This document shows positions 50,291-59,591 of a stretch of 64,000 nucleotides of DNA, piece after piece (the first letter of the stretch is position 1; each line of letters starts with the position of its first letter). This DNA is from Candidatus Saccharimonadota bacterium (GTDB lineage: Bacteria > Patescibacteriota > Saccharimonadia > Saccharimonadales > SZUA-47). The position numbers and the translations under genes are program-made. The stretch spans positions 975 through 64,974 of the forward strand of contig JAYSZA010000043.1 of assembly GCA_043727115.1 (NCBI GenBank), read 5' to 3'. A model generated the notes under the pieces. The model had not been told where the DNA came from. It saw only the letters and a program-made list of their open reading frames with translations, and did not search any database.

Positions 50291-50579
50291 TTATTTTTAT
50301 CTCCTTAATACAATCTTATGATTTTCTCTTAATACAGTTCTTCTTATGTCATGTGTTTACACCGCTTCAAGAACTGAACGCATATACAAACATCTACTTG
50401 CCGTGGAATACTCTTAAAAATTAATCTGTTAAACACACGATAATAGCGCTGCGCAGTAAGTAGCTTCGCATGTATATGGCTACTAGTCATAGTTGTATTT
50501 GCAACAAGCAGTCTTCAATTAACAGAGTAGAGACCATTTGGGTATATAGGGTAGTTGTTAGATACAGTAGAGGAAATAT

Positions 50580-51683
50580 TTACACTTTGCTGTTTTTTAC
50601 AACGATTTTATCGATGTTAGCTCGGAATGCTTCCGTCGAGAACCTCTTGGCTTGGTCAGTAATGGCGCGGGTATTGTAGAGCTTGTAGTTGAAATCTTTG
50701 ATTTTGCCAGCTAGTGAGCTGGACGTCTGTTCATTAAAAAACTCGCCAGTTACTCCTTCGATTACAGTATCAAGTGCACCACCAGCTCGGTATGCAATCA
50801 CCGGCGTCCCGGCAGCTTGGGCTTCTACGGCGACAATGCCGAAATCTTCCTCATTAGGGAATATGAAGGCTTCGGCCCGTGAGACATACTTAATCATGTC
50901 TTCGTCGGAGACGTTGGTTTTGAAGACTACAGTGGGTCCAGCCATATGTTTGAGTCTGTCATGTTCTGGGCCGTTGCCAACAACCGTTAACTGTGCTTGA
51001 ATTTCATTGCAGGCTGCGATGGCTAGATCTAGTCGCTTGTGTTGGACCTGGCGGCCAAATGTAACAAAACCTGAGCGTTTCAGGATTCCATTATTTGCAA
51101 ATCGGTTGATATCGCCGGGTGGGTATAATAACTCACTGTCACGTCCATAGAATTTTTTGATTCTTGCTTGTACGGCGGTTGATATGGCGTACATTTGGTC
51201 GGGACGTTTACTGGCTTTCAGGTCCCATTTACGAGCGCAGGGCAGTAGGATTCTTAAACCTAGTCGCCAAATTGGATTAAGCCCACCGCTACCTTCGCCA
51301 CTCAAGTATTCGTCTGGTTTAACCCAATAGTACAACGTTGGCGTGTAACACATGTTGATATGCACCCCATCTGGAGCGCGTACAGCCTTAGCCTCAGCGC
51401 CTGATGCAGATATCACAATGTCGTAGCCTTTTAGTTTCAAGTGTCCGAAGTGCCACTGACGCGGTAGTGTGAGCAGTTGATGCTTACGCAGAACCTTAGG
51501 TAATCTCTGAAACCAGGCAGTATGAACATCTGCATTTTTGAACAGAGGCATTTTGTTTTTTTCATAGGTCGAAGTGTAGATTGGTGCGTCAGGATACATT
51601 CTGTGAAGCTCCAAAATCACTCGCTCAGCCCCGCCCATATTGGTAAGCCAGTCACAGACAATTGCAATCTTGGGCTTAGGCAT
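50580..51683 (-). CDS. GT4 family glycosyltransferase
   Basis: DWLTNMGGAERV, KRLDLAI and EDFGIVAVEAQAAGTPVIA. Confidence 0.92.
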   Translation of the reverse strand: MPKPKIAIVCDWLTNMGGAERVILELHRMYPDAPIYTSTYEKNKMPLFKNADVHTAWFQRLPKVLRKHQLLTLPRQWHFGHLKLKGYDIVISASGAEAKAVRAPDGVHINMCYTPTLYYWVKPDEYLSGEGSGGLNPIWRLGLRILLPCARKWDLKASKRPDQMYAISTAVQARIKKFYGRDSELLYPPGDINRFANNGILKRSGFVTFGRQVQHKRLDLAIAACNEIQAQLTVVGNGPEHDRLKHMAGPTVVFKTNVSDEDMIKYVSRAEAFIFPNEEDFGIVAVEAQAAGTPVIAYRAGGALDTVIEGVTGEFFNEQTSSSLAGKIKDFNYKLYNTRAITDQAKRFSTEAFRANIDKIVVKNSKV

Positions 51684-53128
51684 CAGTCGGACTTTCCGGA
51701 GAACATCCTAGCTACTACTTGGACGCCAGTTTTCAAAAGAATGACAATGTCTAACCAGAAGCTCCAGTTCTGTGCATAGTACATATCTAGTTTGCGACGT
51801 TCTTCGAACGGAATATTCTTTCTACCGGACACAACTGCTAGACCAGTGACCCCGGGCTTAACACTTAAGATAACGTTCTTTTTCTTGAACAGATTCATTT
51901 CTTGAGGGATGAGTGGTCGCGGCCCAACAAGGCTTAAATCACCCTTCAACACGTTTAGAAGTTGAGGAAGTTCATCGATACTTGTCTTGCGAAGTATTTG
52001 CCCGATTTTGCTGATACGAGGGTCGATTTCTAAGAAATCACCGTTGTCGCGGTACTGTTTAATTAGAGCCGGTTTGCCCATCTTTGTGAACGCTTCTTCC
52101 GGGGTGAGTCCATTGTATGTATGGCTATGAGTTCGGAATTTGAAAAGGCCAATTTTTGTGTCAAATCTAGACATGCGGGTCTGTCTGTAAACAGGGTCGC
52201 CCCCGCCGATGGTTGCAAGAATCAACCAAACGAATAGCAGTATTGGAGATGCTAGTATCAGTAGAATTGTTCCGAAGAATAGGTCAAATAGGCGTTTAAT
52301 AACTCGCCCCCAGCCAATTAGTGCTGTCTGATGAACGGTTACGGTTGGTATATTTTGAAATAGACTAACTTCTATACTGCCAATGAATAGTCCGTTGTTT
52401 CCGGGCACAAACCGATAAGATATGTGATGTTCCTGGGCGTAGTTTAGAATTTCGTCGTTCTTATCTTGGCTGGAATACAGCTCTGTTTGAACAATTGTAT
52501 TGATGTCGTATTTTTGCAGTTTCTGTATGGCTGTTTCAAAACTAGTGAAGTGGTGTTTTGTGGCAACATGAGCGTATTTTTCCGGGTTGTTTGTAACAAT
52601 ACCGACAACAGAAAATCCTGAGTGTTTGGCATTTAGGCCCTGTGCCAGCTCTGCGGTAATAGGCGTCGAGCCAATTATGAGTACGTCATTGATACCGATA
52701 CCGTAACGGAACAGCGTGCGTCTGACTCCTCGGGCAATGGTGCGGAAAAGCAGTGTTAATAGGAACGCAAACAAAAGCCCGTAGACGGTTACGAGTCTTG
52801 CTGGGAAAATCGGGCGATTCAGTACATATTCAGCACCGATTAGGAATAAAATACCGATAAATGAACCGATAAGTAACATCAATGCTTCTTTGAACCGGTT
52901 TTCATAGACTCTTGCATGGTAGAGGCCAAATAGAGCAAAAATAAGAAGCCAGAATCCTAGCAAAACAGCTACGACACCAATGTATGCCTGCGCAGTTATA
53001 GGCTCAATAAGGGGTCGGTCGTCAAGTTTGACGCGAATAATGAACGCAAGAGTAAATGCGATGACAAGCGCAAAAAAATCTAAGACAAGTAGGACGAAGC
53101 TGTAAAGTAGCGAAGCACTATGTTTCAT
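51683..53128 (-). CDS. Priming undecaprenyl-phosphate sugar-phosphotransferase (WcaJ/CpsE-like)
   Basis: 4 N-terminal TM; KRLFD, KFRT, DPR, SIDELPQLLNVLKGDLSLVGPRP and KPGVTG. Confidence 0.93.
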   Translation of the reverse strand: MKHSASLLYSFVLLVLDFFALVIAFTLAFIIRVKLDDRPLIEPITAQAYIGVVAVLLGFWLLIFALFGLYHARVYENRFKEALMLLIGSFIGILFLIGAEYVLNRPIFPARLVTVYGLLFAFLLTLLFRTIARGVRRTLFRYGIGINDVLIIGSTPITAELAQGLNAKHSGFSVVGIVTNNPEKYAHVATKHHFTSFETAIQKLQKYDINTIVQTELYSSQDKNDEILNYAQEHHISYRFVPGNNGLFIGSIEVSLFQNIPTVTVHQTALIGWGRVIKRLFDLFFGTILLILASPILLFVWLILATIGGGDPVYRQTRMSRFDTKIGLFKFRTHSHTYNGLTPEEAFTKMGKPALIKQYRDNGDFLEIDPRISKIGQILRKTSIDELPQLLNVLKGDLSLVGPRPLIPQEMNLFKKKNVILSVKPGVTGLAVVSGRKNIPFEERRKLDMYYAQNWSFWLDIVILLKTGVQVVARMFSGKSD

Positions 53129-53198
53129 CTATCTGTTATTGTAACATCAAACTGTTGCAGATTAATTACGGACGGTTTAGTATAAAAGCATAAACAAA

Positions 53199-53642
53199 AT
53201 GCGTACAAAGCAAAATACTACCGGCAAAACTAAGAAACTTATGATTCAGTTTGCCCAGTATATGGTTACGGGCGGTGTTTGGTTTTGGAGTGGGTACATT
53301 ATAATCATTACCCTGGACAACCACATTGGTTTGTTTTGGGCCAATCTGATTGGTAACGCAGTTGGTATTACGCTCAACTTTTTGTTAGAACGTTATTGGG
53401 TGTTCAAGACCAAGAAGCCTGCAAAACTTGGAATTATGGCCCGACGCTACATTGTCTACACTGCATTGAACGCTTTTTTATTGAACTATCTAATTCTTTA
53501 TGTTCTGCAGAGAAACGGTATCATGCCAGAAATCGGGCAGTTTATTGCCAGTGGCTTCTTCACAGTCTGGAATTACCTCTGGTACAAAAAATGGGTATTC
53601 AAAGACCAGCCAAAGCCTAGGCGGACACGACACCATGCATAA
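53199..53642 (+). CDS. GtrA family protein
   Basis: QFAQY, NFLLERYWVF and WNY...KKWVF. Confidence 0.88.
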   Translation: MRTKQNTTGKTKKLMIQFAQYMVTGGVWFWSGYIIIITLDNHIGLFWANLIGNAVGITLNFLLERYWVFKTKKPAKLGIMARRYIVYTALNAFLLNYLILYVLQRNGIMPEIGQFIASGFFTVWNYLWYKKWVFKDQPKPRRTRHHA

Positions 53643-53715
53643 ATTGGGCAACTTCGAAATAATAAATTCGAAATACGAAACAAATCTTAAATTTTAAGAG
53701 GGGGGAGAAACACTT

Positions 53716-54177
53716 ATGGCGAAACAGAATATGAAACAACAAGCAAGTAATTCGGGTACAGGTGGCAAGACTAGACCAACCAAAAAACAACACGAAACAT
53801 TAGATTTTATACGACACTTCACAAGTGAACATGGCTACAGCCCAAGCTATAGAGAAATTATGAATGGCTGCAACTACACATCCGTTGCAACAGTAGCTTT
53901 GCATGTTAACAATTTGATAAACCGTGGGCATTTGCGTAAGCGAGACAAATCCGCGCGGTCGCTTGAGGTTGTCGAAGGCGTAGCTGAAAGTCATGTTGCA
54001 TCTAGCAATCACAAACACGAACTGATGGCGGAGGTAGAAAACAGGTTCAAGCGACTAGAAGAAGAGGTCTCAGAAGAAATTCTAAACGAAGTCTACGTAC
54101 TGGTTGGTGCACTAAAGATTCTTGGTCACGTGGAGGTTGCCCGCGCCTACGCCTCTAGGATAAATGCTTTAAGTTAG
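53716..54177 (+). CDS. LexA-like winged-helix DNA-binding protein lacking the peptidase domain
   Basis: TKKQ..LDFI..F..EHGYSPSYREI...SVATV..HV..L...G.L.....RSL; only 153 aa. Confidence 0.82.
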   Translation: MAKQNMKQQASNSGTGGKTRPTKKQHETLDFIRHFTSEHGYSPSYREIMNGCNYTSVATVALHVNNLINRGHLRKRDKSARSLEVVEGVAESHVASSNHKHELMAEVENRFKRLEEEVSEEILNEVYVLVGALKILGHVEVARAYASRINALS

Positions 54178-54862
54178 AGAGGTCTTTATAGTATCTATTT
54201 CCATGGTCTCCTAGCATGAATCCGACCATTAATTCTTCTAGTTTTTCTTTTGGTAATCCTTCAAATTCTTTGCTAATACCCCCAAAAATAAAGTTTTTTG
54301 CTTCTGGCCCCAAGGTAATAAGTCCAGCCTCTAAGGGAAGAGAAATGACTTTATTTATGTACGCGTTTCCTGATAGTTGTGAACGGTATAGTCTAGCCAA
54401 TGCTTGTGGAGTCATAAAACCAGCAAGTACGGTGCACATTTCGGCACCTTCCGACATAGACTGTTCAAGCAGATCGATCATTGACCCGGCTGTAGCGACC
54501 ATGAAATCGGCAGCAAAAGTATGTTTACGGGCGAAACTCCCCATTTTTGCAGGTATGCTGTCTACAAACATCGTTACTTCGTGTCGGGTCTGTTGGGTGA
54601 AGCCAGTGTCTGCGTCGTGGAGCTGTTCAAATAGCGGTTTTTCAAAAGGTAATCCACCTCTAACAGATATTGCAATTGATGCTTCTTCTCCTGAGATATA
54701 GACGGGCTCGACTACGTCAACGACTCTCTGGATCAGTTGGTCTGCGTAAGAGCGGTATTCTCTTCGACTGAGTGCTTTGTTTTTTATTGCACCCATCATA
54801 TGTCTTACGCCAATATCAGCATGCACAGGTTTCACCAACAGAACCATTACCGGCAATAACAA
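54155..54862 (-). CDS. Divergent uracil phosphoribosyltransferase-like protein (start uncertain)
   Basis: VRGG (cf. ILRAG), DFMVATAGS (cf. DPMLATGGS) and LGDHGNRY (cf. LGDAGDR). Confidence 0.7.
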   Translation of the reverse strand: MLLPVMVLLVKPVHADIGVRHMMGAIKNKALSRREYRSYADQLIQRVVDVVEPVYISGEEASIAISVRGGLPFEKPLFEQLHDADTGFTQQTRHEVTMFVDSIPAKMGSFARKHTFAADFMVATAGSMIDLLEQSMSEGAEMCTVLAGFMTPQALARLYRSQLSGNAYINKVISLPLEAGLITLGPEAKNFIFGGISKEFEGLPKEKLEELMVGFMLGDHGNRYYKDLSNLKHLS

Positions 54863-55019
54863 GAAAACCGCTTTGTTGTGCTTCTAGACAAAGTTCGTCC
54901 ACTTCAGCCATCCTCATGCCAGGAGGCAGACAGTTATCTAGCTCAAATAAGTCTCTAGCTCTTTGAATATCTTCGTAAGGTGATGAGAATATTCTGTCTA
55001 ACTCGGCGGTTGCTGCCAT
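54816..55019 (-). CDS. 67-aa ORF overlapping the upp-like gene (possibly its frameshifted N-terminus)
   Basis: AGGAG 7 nt before ATG 55019; overlaps the downstream frame. Confidence 0.45.
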   Translation of the reverse strand: MAATAELDRIFSSPYEDIQRARDLFELDNCLPPGMRMAEVDELCLEAQQSGFLVIAGNGSVGETCAC

Positions 55020-55125
55020 AAATTGACTCCTAATTTTTACCATCATAGGTAACTGTAGGCCATAGTGCAAGCATATAAAGTATAAAAATAGTAAACAAGT
55101 TAAACATCCGCTACACTAGCAGTTA

Positions 55126-55854
55126 ATGAGGGTACCAGCAAAGAATGTGTTGAAAATGCGTCGCTCTGTTTTTGTGCTATTTGTTCTAATTACGCTACTG
55201 GTAGTAGGCATAAACCCTAGTTTTGAACAGGATACACCACAGGTAGGGCCACCAGTCGCCGTATTATCTGATTCTGTAATCGCAAGTGAGCTAGCAATTG
55301 ATGTATTGGAGCGACTAGAAGTTAAGGGCAGGGCGCCAAAAACCGGTTATTCCCGAAGTGAATTTGGCGATGGATGGGCTACTGTTGGTGGCTGTGATAT
55401 GCGTAATATTATGCTCGCCCGCGGTATGACGGAAGTAGAACTAGCGACAGATAATTGTGTGGTGCTGAGCGGCACGCTCAATGACCCATACACAGGTACA
55501 GTAATTTCTTTCGTGCGCGGTAGTACTACTAGTAGTCTTGTGCAGATTGACCATGTGGTTGCGCTGAGTGATAGTTGGCAAAAGGGTGCGCAGAGTCTGG
55601 ATGCAGATACGCGCCTGCGTCTAGCCAATGACTCATTAAATTTACTTGCAGTTGATGGTCCAACAAATCAGGAAAAAGGCGACGGAGACGCAGCTACTTG
55701 GCTCCCGCCCAACAAAGCATTCAGATGCCAGTATACTGCACGCCAAATAGCTGTGAAGTCGAAATATAGTTTGTGGGTGACAGAAGCAGAAAAGTCCGCC
55801 ATGAAAAGGGTACTAAATGGTTGTGGAGAACAGGTATTGCCGGTACTAAGTTGA
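55126..55854 (+). CDS. Membrane-anchored/secreted HNH endonuclease (DUF1524-like)
   Basis: N-terminal TM; GYSRSEFG, DPYTG, QIDHVVAL, NLLAVDG..NQEKGD and WLPPN. Confidence 0.88.
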   Translation: MRVPAKNVLKMRRSVFVLFVLITLLVVGINPSFEQDTPQVGPPVAVLSDSVIASELAIDVLERLEVKGRAPKTGYSRSEFGDGWATVGGCDMRNIMLARGMTEVELATDNCVVLSGTLNDPYTGTVISFVRGSTTSSLVQIDHVVALSDSWQKGAQSLDADTRLRLANDSLNLLAVDGPTNQEKGDGDAATWLPPNKAFRCQYTARQIAVKSKYSLWVTEAEKSAMKRVLNGCGEQVLPVLS

Positions 55855-57311
55855 CTAATTCTAGTGAACCCAAAAGAAAAATAATTCATCCGTCTTGGTT
55901 GATTGCTTGGGTGAGTATTGGGATTATTGCCGGGACATATCTGTCGCTATTCTGGTCTGGATTTTCTGGTACTGAGTGGATTGTGTGTAGTTTCTGTTTG
56001 GGGCTAGTTGGATTTATTAACAAACAATTTTTCGGTGTGTTAATGGTGTTGTTTGCGGGGCTTGGTTTCGGGCTCTGGCGAGGAGGTTTAGAGATACAAA
56101 AACAACATGGTTTTGAAAAGTATCTGGGCACGGAAGTGCAAATTGTTGGAAAAGTTGGCGAAGACCCGAGCTTTGACACAGAGGGCGATATACGCATGAA
56201 GCTAGAGAACGTATTGGTGGATAATGAGCCAGTAGGCGGCAAGGTTTGGGTGTCTATAAATGACTCGAATGTTATAAAGCGGTCAGACATTATTGCTGTT
56301 GAAGGAAAAATAACGGAAGGTTTCGGAACGATTCCGGCTGCTCTTTACCGAGCTAGACTAGTTCGAATTGAACGCCAGGATTATGTTGATGTTGGTCGAG
56401 ACGCGCGTGACTCCTTTGCTGGCGGAATACGCACAAGCATTCGCGAACCAGAAGCATCGTTAGGAGCCGGATTCTTAGTGGGCCAAAAGACTACTCTTCC
56501 AGAAAGGTTAGGAAATGATTTACGGCTACTCGGACTAACTCACATCGTTGTTGCCAGTGGCTATAATCTAACAATTCTAATACGTTTTGCTAGGCGATTT
56601 TTTGAGAAAATATCTAGATTCACAGCTCTTGCAGGATCTTTCACCTTAGTATATGGGTTCCTGCAGATAACTGGTGCTACTCCATCAATGTCGCGCGCAT
56701 CATTAATTGCGGGAATTAGTTTGCTTGCTTGGTATTTTGGTCGCAAGTTACACCCTGTCGTACTGTTATCGTTTTCTGCGGCAATCACGGTCATAATTAA
56801 TCCTTCATATGCATGGGGAGATATAGGCTGGTTACTGTCATTCGCATCATTCATCGGAGTGATTATGTTTGCGCCCTTACTGCACGTGTACTTTTGGGGT
56901 GACAAAAAAGCGGGAAACATCAGACAGGTATTTATCGAAACAGCGTCCGCGCAACTACTAACACTTCCAATCATTGCATATGTCTTTGGACAATATTCAC
57001 CGCTGGCATTGCTAGCGAATGCATTGGTTCTGTCGTTTATACCACTTTCTATGGCTTTGACTGCTGTCGCGGGAGTGGCGGGACTAACCTTTCCAACCAT
57101 CGTTGCAGAAATCATTGGTTTACCTGCAGAGTTAGTTCTTCGATATATTACGACAGTCGTTAACTCTTTGGCGCAACTACCTCTTGCGAGTTCGGAGATT
57201 GTTTTTTCAACGACCACAGTATTAGTTAGTTATATAGTGATTGTCGTTGGGATGGTTTACATGTGGCGCAGAACTGGGTACGAATTCAGGAGCTACAACA
57301 TCATTGAGTGA
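55851..57311 (+). CDS. comEC: ComEC/Rec2 DNA uptake channel without the beta-lactamase domain
   Basis: OB-like region; GLTHIVVASGYN, PS..RA, NP...DIGWLLSF and LLAN. TTG 55851 overlaps the upstream TGA (TTGA coupling). Confidence 0.9.
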   Translation: MTNSSEPKRKIIHPSWLIAWVSIGIIAGTYLSLFWSGFSGTEWIVCSFCLGLVGFINKQFFGVLMVLFAGLGFGLWRGGLEIQKQHGFEKYLGTEVQIVGKVGEDPSFDTEGDIRMKLENVLVDNEPVGGKVWVSINDSNVIKRSDIIAVEGKITEGFGTIPAALYRARLVRIERQDYVDVGRDARDSFAGGIRTSIREPEASLGAGFLVGQKTTLPERLGNDLRLLGLTHIVVASGYNLTILIRFARRFFEKISRFTALAGSFTLVYGFLQITGATPSMSRASLIAGISLLAWYFGRKLHPVVLLSFSAAITVIINPSYAWGDIGWLLSFASFIGVIMFAPLLHVYFWGDKKAGNIRQVFIETASAQLLTLPIIAYVFGQYSPLALLANALVLSFIPLSMALTAVAGVAGLTFPTIVAEIIGLPAELVLRYITTVVNSLAQLPLASSEIVFSTTTVLVSYIVIVVGMVYMWRRTGYEFRSYNIIE

Positions 57312-57364
57312 TTATCTTTGCAACGCACAGCTTGCAATTTTATTATGGCAAAATCTGTAGTTGC

Positions 57365-57393
57365 TTGACAAAAAACTCGATGCGGAAGATACT
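57365..57393 (+). promoter_or_regulatory. Sigma70-type promoter
   Basis: TTGACA(57365)-17 nt-GATACT(57388) upstream of 57417. Confidence 0.6.
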
Positions 57394-57416
57394 TCGCTAA
57401 TAAAGAGGGTTAACTT

Positions 57417-59057
57417 GTGAAGTATATCGCTTCAATTTTCATTATTTCAGTCTTTAGCCTAGCGATATTTCTATACCCTCCCGTAACTGTTGCTGCAGTT
57501 TCTGAAAACCTAGTTATTATGCAACTGCAAACAGCCGGAGCCGTTTCTGGCACCTTGAATGAAGAAGTTATAGTGCTTTATAACCTTTCGGCAGCGGATA
57601 TCAATATCTCTAACTGGTGCCTGCAAGACAGTAGTGCTTCAAATGGTGTGACTTTTAATGATCTAGCTTGTACGGTTCCAGTTGATACACAAACACAACT
57701 CTGGGCCGCGTCAGGTGGTTATGTTAGCTTTGCTACGTCTGAATTCATGACAAAAAACCCCGCTTTTACTCCGGATTTTATTTTCAGTGCAGGCATAGCT
57801 GCATCCGGTGGGCACATGATACTAGTTGACGAGAATAAGCAAGAAATTGACAGGGTATCTTGGGGTACGGCGGTTCAAATCAATGGTATCTTGCCGGCAA
57901 TAAAACATACGGAAGGAAAAGTACTAAGTCGTGATTCATTGGCACTGCAGCTGGACACAGATATCAATTTGGTAGATTTTAGTTCTAGGCCGTTATTAAA
58001 TCCAATTGTGTCCGGAGTTTACGAGGTAGAGATAGTTGTCGATACATGTTTAAATATCCCAGATGTTCAACTTGAAGTGCCGCAAGGCTATATGGTTGAT
58101 GCAGATGGTGTTTGCATTGAGGATTTCTGCCCTAACATTGACGAGCTACAGATTGTTGCGCCGGAAGGTTACGAAAAGATTAATGGTGCAGTGGACTGTA
58201 CTCTAATACCGCTTGAAGACGCAATACTATTTATTACAGAACTGGTTGCCAATGCACCATCCGATGATAAGGGGCAAGAGTTTATTGAATTCTACAATCC
58301 ACAAAAATACGCAGTTGATTTAGAGGGCTATAGGCTACAAGTTGGTCCAGGGTTCACTAAGGAATTCGTATTTCCTCATCAAAGTATCGCCGCAGGGCAG
58401 TATCTAGTATTTGAGGACTCTGTAACTAAAATTGTTTTGCCAAATACAACCGGAGTAGAGCTAAGACTAGTTGCACCAGCAGGCAATATAGTAAGCGAGA
58501 GTCCCGTTTATAGTAACGCTAACGATGATGCGTCTTGGGCCTTAGTTGAAGACCAGTGGATTTATACAAATCAAATTACGCCTGGAGGGCCAAATAAACC
58601 CTACTTGGAGCCAGTAGAAGATGAAGTGACTGGTGTCACAAGCGTGCAAGCACCATGTCCGGCAGGTAAATACCGCAACCCAGAAACAAATCGCTGCCGC
58701 ATTATAGAAACAGCGGTATCACAGCTGACACCGTGCGATGAGGACGAGTATAGGAATACCGATACTAACCGTTGCCGAAAAACACCTGTAGTCTCCTCAC
58801 TGTCCTCATGCCCAGAGGGACAGGAAAGAAATCCTGAGACAAATCGCTGCCGTAAAGTAAGCGTGCTCGGAGCATCACTAGATGAAATTCCTACAGTTAC
58901 AGATGTTGCAGTAGAAAATAAAGCTGGGCAGATAAATTGGCTGGTTATTGCCGTAGCTTTGTCAGGAACATTAGCATATATCACTTATGAATGGCGCCGT
59001 GAGCTGGGGCAGAAACTGGTTCTAGTTAAACGCCGCTTTGCCGGTTTTGTGAGATAA
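57417..59057 (+). CDS. Surface protein with two lamin-tail domains, Cys repeats and C-terminal TM
   Basis: Signal peptide; E.I.LYN...INISNW.L and ITELVAN..EFIEFYNP..VDLEGY.L; TPG..N; three CxxxxxRNxxTNRCR repeats. Confidence 0.85.
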   Translation: MKYIASIFIISVFSLAIFLYPPVTVAAVSENLVIMQLQTAGAVSGTLNEEVIVLYNLSAADINISNWCLQDSSASNGVTFNDLACTVPVDTQTQLWAASGGYVSFATSEFMTKNPAFTPDFIFSAGIAASGGHMILVDENKQEIDRVSWGTAVQINGILPAIKHTEGKVLSRDSLALQLDTDINLVDFSSRPLLNPIVSGVYEVEIVVDTCLNIPDVQLEVPQGYMVDADGVCIEDFCPNIDELQIVAPEGYEKINGAVDCTLIPLEDAILFITELVANAPSDDKGQEFIEFYNPQKYAVDLEGYRLQVGPGFTKEFVFPHQSIAAGQYLVFEDSVTKIVLPNTTGVELRLVAPAGNIVSESPVYSNANDDASWALVEDQWIYTNQITPGGPNKPYLEPVEDEVTGVTSVQAPCPAGKYRNPETNRCRIIETAVSQLTPCDEDEYRNTDTNRCRKTPVVSSLSSCPEGQERNPETNRCRKVSVLGASLDEIPTVTDVAVENKAGQINWLVIAVALSGTLAYITYEWRRELGQKLVLVKRRFAGFVR

Positions 59058-59119
59058 CGCACAACATTCAGGTAAGTTGGGCGTATAGTTGGAGTTACTA
59101 ACTAAGGGAGAACCGTTCT

Positions 59120-59545
59120 ATGGATTGGGGAAGTCAATTAGGTGATTTGAACTGGTGGGCAGTAGTCGGGGCAACCGCATCTACATTTGTAGTTGGGTCT
59201 GCATGGTATTCGATGAGTGTGTTTGGTAAGAAGTGGGCAAAGTTAATAGGCTTGAGCGAAAAAGATATGAAAAGTGGTGATGGCATGACAGAAGTATTTG
59301 TCATGACGGGCATAACGTCGTTCATTACAGCTGCCGTTATGGGTGCTCTAATGATGGCGACTGGTACAAGTGGAGCTGCTGACGGATTATTATTTGGTGC
59401 TATTGCAGGAGTCGCATTTCGATTCGGGAGTCACGTCATGCACAATGGATTTGCGCGTCGTAGCAAAGACCTGACTTGGATTGACGGAATGCACGATATA
59501 GTAGCACTAGCCGTAGTTGGTGCAGTGCTAGGGCAGTGGCTCTAG
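59120..59545 (+). CDS. DUF1761 family membrane protein
   Basis: NWWAV..A....F..G..WYS..FGK.W; 4 TM. Confidence 0.8.
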   Translation: MDWGSQLGDLNWWAVVGATASTFVVGSAWYSMSVFGKKWAKLIGLSEKDMKSGDGMTEVFVMTGITSFITAAVMGALMMATGTSGAADGLLFGAIAGVAFRFGSHVMHNGFARRSKDLTWIDGMHDIVALAVVGAVLGQWL

Positions 59546-59591
59546 TCATCCTGGTTTGGCCTAAGCAGATATCAACTAGTACAATAGGGGT

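Noticed and set aside
50291-50579. glmS ribozyme upstream of glmS
   Set aside because: The conserved core (AGCGCC...GACGAGG) is not present on the coding strand.
54212-54275. Possible third hairpin insert in the upp-like gene (tagca/tgcta ends around the ~20-aa insertion)
   Set aside because: Pairing is short and weak, the span is 64 nt, and the peptide looks like an ordinary amphipathic helix.
56561-57217. 218-aa antisense ORF within comEC and similar antisense ORFs elsewhere
   Set aside because: Shadow frames of well-supported genes on the opposite strand.
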